From the NCBI GenBank assembly GCA_001773725.1, contig MEXP01000020.1:19526-83525 (forward strand): 64,000 bases of DNA. The letters run 5' to 3'. A model generated the notes under the pieces. The model saw only the letters and a program-made list of their open reading frames with translations, was not told the origin of the DNA and ran no database searches. This DNA is from Candidatus Amesbacteria bacterium RIFCSPLOWO2_01_FULL_49_25 (GTDB taxonomy: Bacteria; Patescibacteriota; Microgenomatia; CAZETR01; Amesbacteraceae). The stretch's first letter is position 1; each line of letters starts with the position of its first letter. Position numbers and translations under genes: made by a program. Positions 20,806 through 29,941 of this stretch are shown here, piece after piece.

Positions 20806-22269
20806 TCAACCTACCTTTTCCGTTACTCTGTACTCGATATACCTTCCCAACATCAATCTGGTATGGGCATCCAGCCCAGGCAATGCTCCAAAGAAAAAAC
20901 CCACCACCGGCATCAGCGCGAACTCGAACGGTATTAGCCATGCCCTCCAAAAAGCCACATCCTTAGGTCTGGGCGGCTTTCTCTTTGAGTCGATGACAAA
21001 CAGTATTACTAAAAATAGTAAAGTAATCGACAAAATTACGGATGAAATTCTTGGTAGCATAAACCCTACTGAAGTCCGGGCGAATTTGGGATTTACCAGT
21101 GTCGAAATAGTCGCGCCAGCCGTTATCACAAACCAATTAATCGGCCACAGCAGGTGATCCTCGATCACCCTCAACAGTCTCACCATCTTGTTTATCCAAG
21201 ACCCTTTGGGATTGTTGATAAACATTTCGATAAAAGTTGGAATATCCGAAACTCCCCAAGCCCACCTCTGTTTCTGTTTGTAGTCATTAACGAACGTTTT
21301 CCAAGTCGTTGTCGATTCCGCGGCGTCCTGAAAAGACGGCAGGAAAATCGGCTCAGCTTCCACCCTACCTTCCAGCTTAAAGAAGGCCTTAAAAAATATT
21401 CTATAATCCTCCGGTATGACATCCGTATCCCAATATCCCACTTCCAAAATAAGCCTGAAAGAAGCCGAATAACAGGAAAAACTCACCAATCTGTCTTTTC
21501 TGGACTGCAGCCCCATTACCCAAATTGTCGCAAAAGTATTTACCACCCGGGTAGCCGCCGGTAATCTCCAAATGTTATTGTAAAACATAACTACCGGCTG
21601 CCAAAATCTCTCGTAGCGGTGTGGATCGTCCAAAAATTTAAATGTCAGACAGGCAAAGTATTGCGGATGCAGCCTTGCGTCCGCATCGTTTGAGGTCACA
21701 GTCATGTATTGGATGTCCCATCCCTTTTCATCAATCAAAATCCTTTTTGCTTCTCTGGCTGCCCAGGCTTCGTTAGAAGACTTGCCCTTTATTTCTCCTA
21801 CAATATTAGCCGGGTGCATCGTTATCAAATATTCGCCAAATTTACTCCCCAACTCTGCCCTCAATTTCTCGCATTCTTTTTCTCCGTTCGGGTATCTGCC
21901 TTCTGTTGCCATCACCACCGCCAGCTGATTCAGCGGCATTGACTGTTTGGCCAAAGCTTCCAGTGTCTTTCTGTAAACTTCCGCCGGTTCATTGGCTATT
22001 AAAATAATTATTACGTGTTTTACTCTCTTCCAATCCAAAAAGCCCTTGGCCTCTCTCAGCCAATCCAGGTGTTCGGCCGCCAGCATTTTAAAATGCGTCA
22101 TCAAAACCGTTATCGTTACCGTCAGTCCTTTGTATACCCAAAAGATATCAAAAGCCAAAATAAAATAAGCTGTTGCCACCGGGATAAAATACCCGCCCCA
22201 AAACAAAAATAAAATCACGTTCCAAGTGATAAACCCTGGCAATATCTCCAAAAATCTTTTCCTAGTCAT
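20806..22269 (-). CDS. processive family-2 glycosyltransferase (cellulose/hyaluronan-synthase-like)
   Basis: DAD and ED motifs plus QKQRW (QxxRW), with flanking TM helices. Confidence 0.75.
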   Translation of the reverse strand: MTRKRFLEILPGFITWNVILFLFWGGYFIPVATAYFILAFDIFWVYKGLTVTITVLMTHFKMLAAEHLDWLREAKGFLDWKRVKHVIIILIANEPAEVYRKTLEALAKQSMPLNQLAVVMATEGRYPNGEKECEKLRAELGSKFGEYLITMHPANIVGEIKGKSSNEAWAAREAKRILIDEKGWDIQYMTVTSNDADARLHPQYFACLTFKFLDDPHRYERFWQPVVMFYNNIWRLPAATRVVNTFATIWVMGLQSRKDRLVSFSCYSASFRLILEVGYWDTDVIPEDYRIFFKAFFKLEGRVEAEPIFLPSFQDAAESTTTWKTFVNDYKQKQRWAWGVSDIPTFIEMFINNPKGSWINKMVRLLRVIEDHLLWPINWFVITAGATISTLVNPKFARTSVGFMLPRISSVILSITLLFLVILFVIDSKRKPPRPKDVAFWRAWLIPFEFALMPVVGFFFGALPGLDAHTRLMLGRYIEYRVTEKVG

Positions 22270-22973
22270 AAATTAAACAGCGATTTGGTATTTCTTGTAG
22301 TTACTCCCTCAATTCGATTAATTGAAGTGCCTCTTATTCCGGCCAGCGCTTCGGCTACAATTTTAACATTTTTCGGCGTATTACGCTTCCCCCGCCACGG
22401 TTCTGGCGCCAAATACGGGGCATCAGTCTCGATCAGCATTTTATCTTCCGGAACCAACCTTGCCACCTCTCTCAAATGTTCACTTTTTTTAAATGTTAAT
22501 ATCCCCCCAAAGCTTACATACCACCCCCTCTTCACACATTCTCTCATCTGCTCTTCGTTACCCGTAAAGCAATGCATCTGGACCTTATCGTAATCCAAAA
22601 CCTCAAAAATCTTCTCAAACTGGTCTCTGCAATGCACGACCAACGGCAACTTCGTCTCCCTAGCCAAATCTATATTAAATTTAAACAATTTTATTTCCTC
22701 CTCACTCCCCGTCTCCAAACCAGTCTCTCCTACTGCAACCACTTTCTTGTGTTTTGTCAGTTTAAGTAATTCATTGAGACTTGGTGCTTGTGGCTTGAGG
22801 CTTGCTTCAGGATGAACTCCTACAGTAGCGTAAACTTCCGAGTGCTTCTCCGCCAGCTCTACTGCTTTTCTACTTGTTTCCAAATCCGCCCCCACACATA
22901 TCATCGCCTCCAGTCCGGAATCTTTCCACTCCTCCTCCGAAATCTCATACAAATGGCAGTGCGCATCAATCAT
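22266..22973 (-). CDS. TatD-family metal-dependent hydrolase (DNase)
   Basis: DAHCHL...GETGLE...VVHCRD...ETDAPY motifs. Confidence 0.8.
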   Translation of the reverse strand: MIDAHCHLYEISEEEWKDSGLEAMICVGADLETSRKAVELAEKHSEVYATVGVHPEASLKPQAPSLNELLKLTKHKKVVAVGETGLETGSEEEIKLFKFNIDLARETKLPLVVHCRDQFEKIFEVLDYDKVQMHCFTGNEEQMRECVKRGWYVSFGGILTFKKSEHLREVARLVPEDKMLIETDAPYLAPEPWRGKRNTPKNVKIVAEALAGIRGTSINRIEGVTTRNTKSLFNL

Positions 22974-24388
22974 CGAATCCTCGGAAACAGCGGTGCTTCA
23001 GCTTTTATTTTCGGTCCGGCAAACTGTTTCAAAATCTTCTCCGCCGTTTCCGGCAAAAACGGCTGCAAACCAGTCACGATTTTCCTGATTGTGTCAACGT
23101 AGTTTTTCAACACGCTTTCTAACTTATCCTGCTCCAGTTTCCACGGCTGGTCCTTCTCAATCTGTTTATCCAGTTCCGAAATCCGCTCCCAAATTAATCT
23201 TAACGCCTCATCAAACCTAAATTCATCCAAAAATTTATTTTGTTCAGCTACTTGCCCTGAGCTTGTCGAAGGGTCAAACTGTGCAACTTTTTCTGCCAGT
23301 TTTGCGACGCGCGCAACAAGATTTCCCAGCCCATTAGCCAGATCCGCATTGTACGTTTCATTGAATTTTTGCCACGTAAAATCAGAATCCTCCCACGGAT
23401 GGATTTTAGCCAGCACATAATAACGCAAAGCATCCGTGCCGTATTTATCCGTAATCTCATTTGGGGCAATCGCAGTGCCCGCACTTTTTGAAATTTTCTG
23501 CCCGTTAACCGTTATGAATCCATGAATAAACACCTGTTTTGTATTTGGTAATCCTGCGGACAGGAGCATAGCCTGCCAAATGGCCGTTTGTTGGCGCAGG
23601 TTGTCTTTTCCAGCTGTCTGGATCCCCGGCCAAAACTCCTTAAACTTTTTATCATCTTCCGGCCAACCCAATGCGGAAATATAGTTCACCAGGGCATCAA
23701 ACCACACATACATTACCTGGTCTAGATCGTCTGGAATATCCACGCCCCATGGCATTTTTTTCTTAAGTCTCGATATGCTGAAATCCTCCAGGCCCCGTTT
23801 CACAAATTCCTTTATTTCGTTGTATTTTCCCTCCGGTATTACAAAATCTAGGTTCTTTTCATAAAATTCCAAAAGCGGTTTCTGGTATTTAGAAAATCTG
23901 AAGAAATAGTTCTCCTCCTCATATATTTCCAAATCCAGGTTTGGATGAAACTCGCACTTCCCGTCTTTCAGCTCTGAACCTGTCTTTTCTAGTTCACATC
24001 CCACGCAATATTTAATTTTGTAATTTTTTTTGTATACATCTCCGCTCGCTAAACATCTTCGCCAAAACTCCTGTGCCGCCGCAATATGTTTTGGATCAGT
24101 GGTTCTTATAAAATTATCGTAATCTAGATTTAGAGTTTGTTTTAAAGCATCAAACTTGGCCGCGTACTCATCGCAATATTCCTGCGGACCTTTCCCCAAT
24201 TCCAGCGCCTTACGATATATCTTTAACCCGTGCTCGTCCGCGCCGAAATTGTGAAACACCTCTTCCCCCAACAGTCTGTGGTATCTAGCCAGCACATCCG
24301 CTTGGACTATCTCCAATGCGAACCCGACGTGCGGCTCCGAGTTAACGTACGGGATCGTAGTGGTGATGTAATACTTTTTGGTGTTCAT
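22970..24388 (-). CDS. metG: methionine--tRNA ligase (core enzyme, no C-terminal extension)
   Basis: Class I aaRS: PYVNSEPHVGF (HIGH-like) and KISKS (KMSKS); 472 aa. Confidence 0.9.
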   Translation of the reverse strand: MNTKKYYITTTIPYVNSEPHVGFALEIVQADVLARYHRLLGEEVFHNFGADEHGLKIYRKALELGKGPQEYCDEYAAKFDALKQTLNLDYDNFIRTTDPKHIAAAQEFWRRCLASGDVYKKNYKIKYCVGCELEKTGSELKDGKCEFHPNLDLEIYEEENYFFRFSKYQKPLLEFYEKNLDFVIPEGKYNEIKEFVKRGLEDFSISRLKKKMPWGVDIPDDLDQVMYVWFDALVNYISALGWPEDDKKFKEFWPGIQTAGKDNLRQQTAIWQAMLLSAGLPNTKQVFIHGFITVNGQKISKSAGTAIAPNEITDKYGTDALRYYVLAKIHPWEDSDFTWQKFNETYNADLANGLGNLVARVAKLAEKVAQFDPSTSSGQVAEQNKFLDEFRFDEALRLIWERISELDKQIEKDQPWKLEQDKLESVLKNYVDTIRKIVTGLQPFLPETAEKILKQFAGPKIKAEAPLFPRIR

Positions 24389-25062
24389 AGTTCACTTATG
24401 ACCTGCCCCAATTTTAATCCAAATCTCTCCTGCGCGCTGCCGAGATTCACCACCAGCTCAAGTAGGTCGCTACTGCCATTAAAAATCAACGGACTGCCCT
24501 CTGGCACATCCGAAAAAGTTTTGACTACCGGCAATCCGAACGTCTCCCCCCCCCAAATTTTAGCGTTTCCGTAATGATCGATGTGAATTACTTGTCCTTC
24601 TTGAAATCTTAATTTCTTAATCTCTTCAATCTCTTCTCCTCTTGGTTTCTCGCCCAACGCCAAATAAACCGCCTCTTTAATAAATATATCTCGTCCATGG
24701 AAAGTATTTGAAACATTTTCAAAATCTATAACTTTCCAAATTCTTTCAATTCCATCCGCAACTGCCGCGGGATACAACAGCCCATTATCCGGTCCCACAA
24801 ACCAGAAGTTTCTAGTTTTTATTATAATTCCCGCCCGCTCCGACCCCACTCCCGGGTCTACAACTCCCAAGTGCACCGTCCCTGGCGAGCAAAACTTGAC
24901 TAACTGCCATATCCCATATGCCCCCTCAATTATCGAAAACGGCTCCACATCGTGGTTTTCCACTAAATAACCATCATAACCCAAGCCCGCCACAATCACT
25001 TTTAGTTGACTTGTGGCAAACCCGTCCCCAAAGTCTGTGGTAATAGTGATTATTTGTTTCAT
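24385..25062 (-). CDS. SAM hydroxide adenosyltransferase (DUF62; SAM -> adenosine + L-methionine)
   Basis: ITTDFGDGFA...VVDPGVGSERAGII...FHGRDIF. The start is taken at the ATG at 25062 (MKQIITITTDFG); the track's extension to 25116 uses a TTG and would make the gene contain the terminator hairpin. Confidence 0.75.
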   Translation of the reverse strand: MKQIITITTDFGDGFATSQLKVIVAGLGYDGYLVENHDVEPFSIIEGAYGIWQLVKFCSPGTVHLGVVDPGVGSERAGIIIKTRNFWFVGPDNGLLYPAAVADGIERIWKVIDFENVSNTFHGRDIFIKEAVYLALGEKPRGEEIEEIKKLRFQEGQVIHIDHYGNAKIWGGETFGLPVVKTFSDVPEGSPLIFNGSSDLLELVVNLGSAQERFGLKLGQVISEL

Positions 25063-25174
25063 ACAACTAAAAAACCCCGCCTTAGCGGGGCCTAACACGA
25101 CAATGCCCCGCTTCAACAGGTCATCATCATGCTCATGGCAACAATATTTACGTTCACCACCTCAATTATACATG
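25060..25174 (-). promoter_or_regulatory. candidate Met-codon leader-peptide attenuator: extended -10 promoter, leader ORF MSMMMTC (25113..25136), antiterminator/terminator alternative pairing
   Basis: Minus strand: CATG-TATAAT (25174..25165), then ...AUG AGC AUG AUG AUG ACC UGU UGA | A GCGGGGC | 13 nt | GCCCCGC UAAG GCGGGG UUUUUU | AGUUGU AUG. Region 1 (GCGGGGC) and region 3 (GCGGGG) can both pair with region 2 (GCCCCGC). Confidence 0.45.
25069..25091 (-). terminator. intrinsic-terminator-like hairpin (GCCCCGC-UAAG-GCGGGG + U6), 6 nt upstream of the DUF62 start
   Basis: Reading the minus strand: GCCCCGCUAAGGCGGGGUUUUUU, followed by AGUUGU and then AUG. Confidence 0.55.
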
Positions 25175-25187
25175 CTATACTCCCGCC

Positions 25188-26396
25188 ATGGCAAATCCCT
25201 ACGCTCCTCCAGCGAAAATCTTGCAAAAATACGCCCAAGTATTAGTCAATTTTGCTCTCAACTCCGGTTCCGGCGTCAAAAAAGGTGAAGTAGTTCGCCT
25301 CATTGTCAGCGAATGCGCCAAGCCTCTCTACGTGGAGCTTCGCAACCAGGTTCTTCGCTCCGGCGCCATTCCCCTTACCACCTACGAGCCGGACGACGTC
25401 TCCCGGGAATATTATCAACTAGCCAATAAAAACCAACTCAAATTTTTCCCAAGCCATTACATGCGTGGCCTGATTGACGAAATTGACCACTCCATCGCCA
25501 TCATTTCCGAATCAGACAAACACGAATTGGAAGGTATCGATCCCAAAAAAATAATGACTCGAAACATTGCCTTCAAGCCGGTCAAAGACTGGCGCGACGC
25601 CAAAGAAAACGCCGGTAAATTTACCTGGACACTGGCTCTCTACGGCACTCCCGCCATGGCCAAGGAGGCAAGTCTATCCCCCGCGGATTACTGGGCCCAG
25701 ATTGTCAAAGCCTGTTTTTTGGACGAGCCCGATCCCATTGCCAAGTGGCGCCAGGTTTTCCAAGAAAACGATCGGCTTCGCACTAAGCTCAATGCCCTAA
25801 AGATCGACAAGTTGCATATCAAAGGCGTCAGAGTCGATCTCAGGGTCAAAATCGGCCCAGGTCGCAAATGGCTGGGCGGTGGCGGCAGAAACATTCCTAG
25901 TTTTGAGGTTTTTATCTCTCCCGATTGGCGGGGGACAACAGGCCACATCGAATTTAACCAGCCCTTATATCGCTACGGAAGTCTTATCGAAGGTATCAAA
26001 TTGGATTTTCAGGATGGGCTTGTAATCAAAAGCTCCGCCTCCAAAAACTATTCTGTCTTAAAAGAAATGATCGCCACCAAAAATGCGGATAAAATTGGTG
26101 AATTTTCTTTAACCGACAGACGTCTTTCCCGTATCGACAAATTCATGGCCGAAACTCTTTTCGACGAAAATATATCCGGGCCTTACGGCAACACCCACAT
26201 CGCCCTAGGGTCCGCTTACCACGATTCCTATACGGCAAATCCCGCAAAGGTATCCAAAGCTAAGTGGGAAAAAATGGGTTTCAACAATTCTGTCGTCCAT
26301 ACCGACATTATCTCGACAACCGACCGCACCGTCACCGCTCATCTTGCAGACGGAATCCAAAAAATCATTTACCGAAGCGGACAATTTACCTTTTGA
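25188..26396 (+). CDS. M29-family aminopeptidase (aminopeptidase T/AmpS-like)
   Basis: 402 aa with M29 thermophilic-metalloprotease-like conservation (...FNQPLYRYG...GNTHIALG...). Confidence 0.65.
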   Translation: MANPYAPPAKILQKYAQVLVNFALNSGSGVKKGEVVRLIVSECAKPLYVELRNQVLRSGAIPLTTYEPDDVSREYYQLANKNQLKFFPSHYMRGLIDEIDHSIAIISESDKHELEGIDPKKIMTRNIAFKPVKDWRDAKENAGKFTWTLALYGTPAMAKEASLSPADYWAQIVKACFLDEPDPIAKWRQVFQENDRLRTKLNALKIDKLHIKGVRVDLRVKIGPGRKWLGGGGRNIPSFEVFISPDWRGTTGHIEFNQPLYRYGSLIEGIKLDFQDGLVIKSSASKNYSVLKEMIATKNADKIGEFSLTDRRLSRIDKFMAETLFDENISGPYGNTHIALGSAYHDSYTANPAKVSKAKWEKMGFNNSVVHTDIISTTDRTVTAHLADGIQKIIYRSGQFTF

Positions 26397-26745
26397 GCCA
26401 GTCCTTTATCTTCCCGTTCCACTTCGTCGCCCATTCGTCAGCCATTACCCTTCTCAGTGCCAGCTTCCACCCCGCTCTGTCCATCCCTTGCTGGACGCTG
26501 GCAATAGTCGCACTGGATACTTTCAAGTTTTGTTTGATATTTTCATAACTTCTTTTTTTGGACAACCAGTAAGCCACCGCCACTCTCTTGCTGATGGCCG
26601 TCGTCTCTGTTTCTGTAAGCAGTTCGTCAAAAACCAACTGGGCTTCGCCGCTCGTTTTTGTGTCGGCAATCAGCTGGTACCACATTCCCCGCACTTGTTT
26701 TTCCAAAGTATCATTTATACTCCTTTTCGATATTTGCACGCGCAA
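26386..26745 (-). CDS. TrpR-like (YerC/YecD family) DNA-binding protein
   Basis: 119 aa with a Trp_repressor-like HTH region (TETTAISKRVAVAYWL). Confidence 0.5.
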   Translation of the reverse strand: MRVQISKRSINDTLEKQVRGMWYQLIADTKTSGEAQLVFDELLTETETTAISKRVAVAYWLSKKRSYENIKQNLKVSSATIASVQQGMDRAGWKLALRRVMADEWATKWNGKIKDWLKR

Positions 26746-26753
26746 ATAGTACT

Positions 26754-27089
26754 TTAATTAAACAAACTTATCAACCCCAAAATTGCCAGCCACAATCCGA
26801 AAGTTATCCAATCCAATATGTCCAACCGTCTCATTATGACAAGGCTCCACAGCCCCACGGCAGTGACAATCCCCCATTTCCTAGTCCCCCATGCCCAGCT
26901 CGCCACAAATATCATTCCCAAAAACAGCAAACTATTGGCTATCACTTCCACCCACCACTTATCCGGTGGGGTATTTAAAACAAATATCGTCAAAATTACC
27001 CAAAACCCCGTTCCTATTATAAGAGTCGTCCATCTTCGGTTAGATATATAATGTCTATGTGTCATTACAGCTCCTAACCATCTTATCAA
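26754..27089 (-). CDS. small integral membrane protein
   Basis: Three hydrophobic helices, 111 aa. Confidence 0.4.
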   Translation of the reverse strand: MIRWLGAVMTHRHYISNRRWTTLIIGTGFWVILTIFVLNTPPDKWWVEVIANSLLFLGMIFVASWAWGTRKWGIVTAVGLWSLVIMRRLDILDWITFGLWLAILGLISLFN

Positions 27090-27913
27090 TAATTCTTCTC
27101 AGCTTTGCAATTAGCCTCTGGCTTATTCGCCGCTGGCTGACCCAAAATCGTTCTGGAGATCAGGGGTTATACCAATGGCTTCAATCTGTCCAATCGTCTC
27201 TGGACAGCTCCACCCGTCTCATGGCCGATGTCCAGCACTCTCTGGGCGAAATGTCCGAAGTCGGCCGTGGCATAAAGTCCCTCCAGGATTTTTTAGCCAG
27301 CCCCAAGCTTCGGGGTGGGTTGGGAGAGGAAGTCTTGGGCCAGATGATTGGATCTACTTTCCCCAAAAACGCTTTTCACCTCCAATATTCCTTCAAATCC
27401 GGCGTCAAAGTGGACGCCGTTTTAAAAACCGACGCTGGTCTTTTGTGCATCGATTCCAAATTTCCCCTGGGCGACTTTGTAGTCGCCGACATAAAAAAGC
27501 ATATTAGTGACATTGCCAAAAAATACATCTTGCCGGAAGAGGGAACTATGGACTTTGCCCTCATGTATATTCCCTCGGAATCTGTCTATTACGAAGTCGC
27601 CAGCAATCGCGAACTCACCAACTATTCCCGATCTCTACGGGTTTATCCGGTCTCCCCCAATACCCTTTACGCCCACCTTCAAGTTCTCCTTCAATCCCTT
27701 CAAGGCAAAGAACTCGAAGCCAAGTCCAGGGCCATTTTACAGGCTCTTCGCGCCGCTCAAAAAGATTACGACAGAGTCACCGAAAACATGAGCGTTTTAA
27801 ACCGCCACCTCACCAACGCCTTCAATCAAATGTCCCAAGTCACCTCCTCCACAACTCTTTTAGGCCAAAAACTTAGTCACACACACCAATTGTCAGAGCC
27901 GGAAAATTCATGA
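27059..27913 (+). CDS. rmuC: DNA recombination protein RmuC homologue
   Basis: N-terminal TM helix, coiled coil, and RmuC-like KLRGGLGEEVL...DSKFPL core. Confidence 0.65.
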   Translation: MSLQLLTILSIILLSFAISLWLIRRWLTQNRSGDQGLYQWLQSVQSSLDSSTRLMADVQHSLGEMSEVGRGIKSLQDFLASPKLRGGLGEEVLGQMIGSTFPKNAFHLQYSFKSGVKVDAVLKTDAGLLCIDSKFPLGDFVVADIKKHISDIAKKYILPEEGTMDFALMYIPSESVYYEVASNRELTNYSRSLRVYPVSPNTLYAHLQVLLQSLQGKELEAKSRAILQALRAAQKDYDRVTENMSVLNRHLTNAFNQMSQVTSSTTLLGQKLSHTHQLSEPENS

Positions 27914-28689
27914 CCAATTTCGAGTTTCTTCAGAAATATTTACAGCTTCAAAACGGAATTATGTACGATCAGCTTGTCGATCTAGGTTTCGCCTCAATTA
28001 GCTTTTGCCAAACCGACCCATCTCCATTCTGGAATTTAGCCCTCGTCGATTCGTTACTAAACCCCAACCAGTTAGCCCAAGTAGAAAATTCGTTCAGCAA
28101 ACTAGGTCGCAAACCCGCTATTTATTTTGAAGGCAGAAAAGACTTGGAACCTTTAATAAACTTTCTTGAAAACAAAGAATTCAAAGAAATTAACGAGGAC
28201 TCTTGGATGTTTTATGACAACCGTCCTATCGACCAAACTTATTTTGATTCCGTCAAAAAAGTTTCATCAGAAACGGACTTAGAGATCTTTCTCGAGACAT
28301 TCAACACCTGTTACCAAAAAAACGACCCGCAGAATCCATATGGGGAACTTGGAGAATATCTCAAAATTGCCAAATCCGCCTGGTTCAAGCACGCAAGCTC
28401 TGGCAGATTAAACTATTATCTGGTTTATAAAGAAAACAAACCCGTGGCAGTTTCTACACTAAATAATTACTTTGGTATCGGATATATTTCTAATGTTGGA
28501 TCACTCCGTTCTGTCCGCGGCGAAGGCTTTGGTAAAGCCGCAACCCTATTTTGTGTTCAGGAATCAACAAATGCCGGCAACGCAGTTCACTGTCTTGCCA
28601 CCGAGGAAGGAACCTATCCCAACCGATTCTATTCTCGTATCGGCTTTGTCACAAAATTCACCGCGCCGTTATTTATCAAAGCCGATTAG
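27910..28689 (+). CDS. GNAT-fold acetyltransferase-like protein
   Basis: C-terminal GFGKAATLFCV...FYSRIGF acetyl-CoA-binding-like motifs. Confidence 0.5.
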   Translation: MTNFEFLQKYLQLQNGIMYDQLVDLGFASISFCQTDPSPFWNLALVDSLLNPNQLAQVENSFSKLGRKPAIYFEGRKDLEPLINFLENKEFKEINEDSWMFYDNRPIDQTYFDSVKKVSSETDLEIFLETFNTCYQKNDPQNPYGELGEYLKIAKSAWFKHASSGRLNYYLVYKENKPVAVSTLNNYFGIGYISNVGSLRSVRGEGFGKAATLFCVQESTNAGNAVHCLATEEGTYPNRFYSRIGFVTKFTAPLFIKAD

Positions 28690-28694
28690 AACAA

Positions 28695-29417
28695 ATGAAT
28701 CCTATTCGTGACTTAAAAATAACTATCGAATCCGGTCAGCAATATAAAATCTTTTTCATTGGCGACTCCATAACCTCCGCCGAATGGGTCCACCCGAATT
28801 GGAGAGAAATATTTGAATATGCTCTCAAACAAGAACTCGAGTCCCAATACACAGACTGGAAAATTCCTTCCTGGGGTATCCGCTGTTTCAACTATGGTTT
28901 TGACGGCTCAACAACTGGGGACATCAAAAACTTGCAGGCCAAAGGCCTTATTCCGTCCGACCCAAATCTGGTTGTTTACGTTGCTGGAGACAATGATCGT
29001 TTCGATAAGTTTTCTGTCAACGAATATCAGACAAATATCCAAAAAGTTGTCAGTTCTTTCCCCAATTCTTATATCGCCCTTTCGTCAGACTTGTGCCCAG
29101 GCAATAACTACATAAGTTCAAAATACGAATCCGGCTATTATCAAACACTTTTTCAAATTAAAATCCCAAACGGTCAATTAATAGATTTATTTGCAGAAAC
29201 TAAACAGTTTGACCTTAAGAAGTTCTACACCTTCGTTTCCTCCGGCAATGAGGTTGCCGGGCTTAAGGCTGGAGATGTAGATTTTTATCACCCCAATCAG
29301 CTAGGCAACGCCTATATCGTCAAAATTTTCCTCAAATCAATTTTCAACATTGATTTCGATTTCGAAAAATACACTTCCACAAATTTACAAGGACTTATGT
29401 ATCCCGAATACAAATGA
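28695..29417 (+). CDS. SGNH/GDSL hydrolase
   Basis: IFFIGDSIT (GDS block I) ...GDND block. The start is trimmed to the MNPIRD Met, because the upstream part of the track ORF overlaps the previous gene. Confidence 0.65.
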   Translation: MNPIRDLKITIESGQQYKIFFIGDSITSAEWVHPNWREIFEYALKQELESQYTDWKIPSWGIRCFNYGFDGSTTGDIKNLQAKGLIPSDPNLVVYVAGDNDRFDKFSVNEYQTNIQKVVSSFPNSYIALSSDLCPGNNYISSKYESGYYQTLFQIKIPNGQLIDLFAETKQFDLKKFYTFVSSGNEVAGLKAGDVDFYHPNQLGNAYIVKIFLKSIFNIDFDFEKYTSTNLQGLMYPEYK

Positions 29418-29941
29418 AAGTCACCCTCTACATGGCCATGTCACTGAATAACATGATAGCCAGAGAAAATGACGAGGAGGATTTTATCTCTCACGATAGT
29501 TGGACCGCTTGGCTTACATGTATCAGAAAGCATGGGTGTATGATTTGGGGTCGGAGGACTCATCAAGTCGTTAAAACTTGGGATAAACAATACCTTGAGG
29601 ATATTAAGGGAATAAAAGTTGTAATCGTTTCCTCGAATGAAAATTATGATGTAGGAGATCAGTTTGAATTGGCTTCATCACCCCACAAAGCCCTGGAAAA
29701 TGTCCAATCTCAGGGTTTTTCTAGCGCCGTCCTTACAGGCGGATCAATTCTAAACAGCTCATTTGCCAAGTTAAACCTGATAAACGAAGTGATAGTTTGC
29801 ATCGAACCAGTTTTGATTGGCGCAGGCATACCCCTATTCAACCCGGAAAAGTTCGATCTGAATCTTAAGCTTTTAGACGTCGATAAAGTCAGCAATCGAT
29901 TAATTGAACTTCGCTATGAAGTAGTGAAAAATGCTAAGTGA
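29414..29941 (+). CDS. dihydrofolate-reductase-family protein (RibD C-terminal-domain-like)
   Basis: MKVTLYMAMSLNN...GRRT...LTGGSIL pattern. Confidence 0.6.
   Translation: MKVTLYMAMSLNNMIARENDEEDFISHDSWTAWLTCIRKHGCMIWGRRTHQVVKTWDKQYLEDIKGIKVVIVSSNENYDVGDQFELASSPHKALENVQSQGFSSAVLTGGSILNSSFAKLNLINEVIVCIEPVLIGAGIPLFNPEKFDLNLKLLDVDKVSNRLIELRYEVVKNAK

Noticed and set aside
25063-25116. Extension of the DUF62 gene to the TTG at 25116 (MKRGIVVLGPAKAGFF...)
   Set aside because: It would place a GC hairpin plus U6 inside the coding sequence, and DUF62 proteins begin a few residues before the TDFG motif. The ATG at 25062 fits better.
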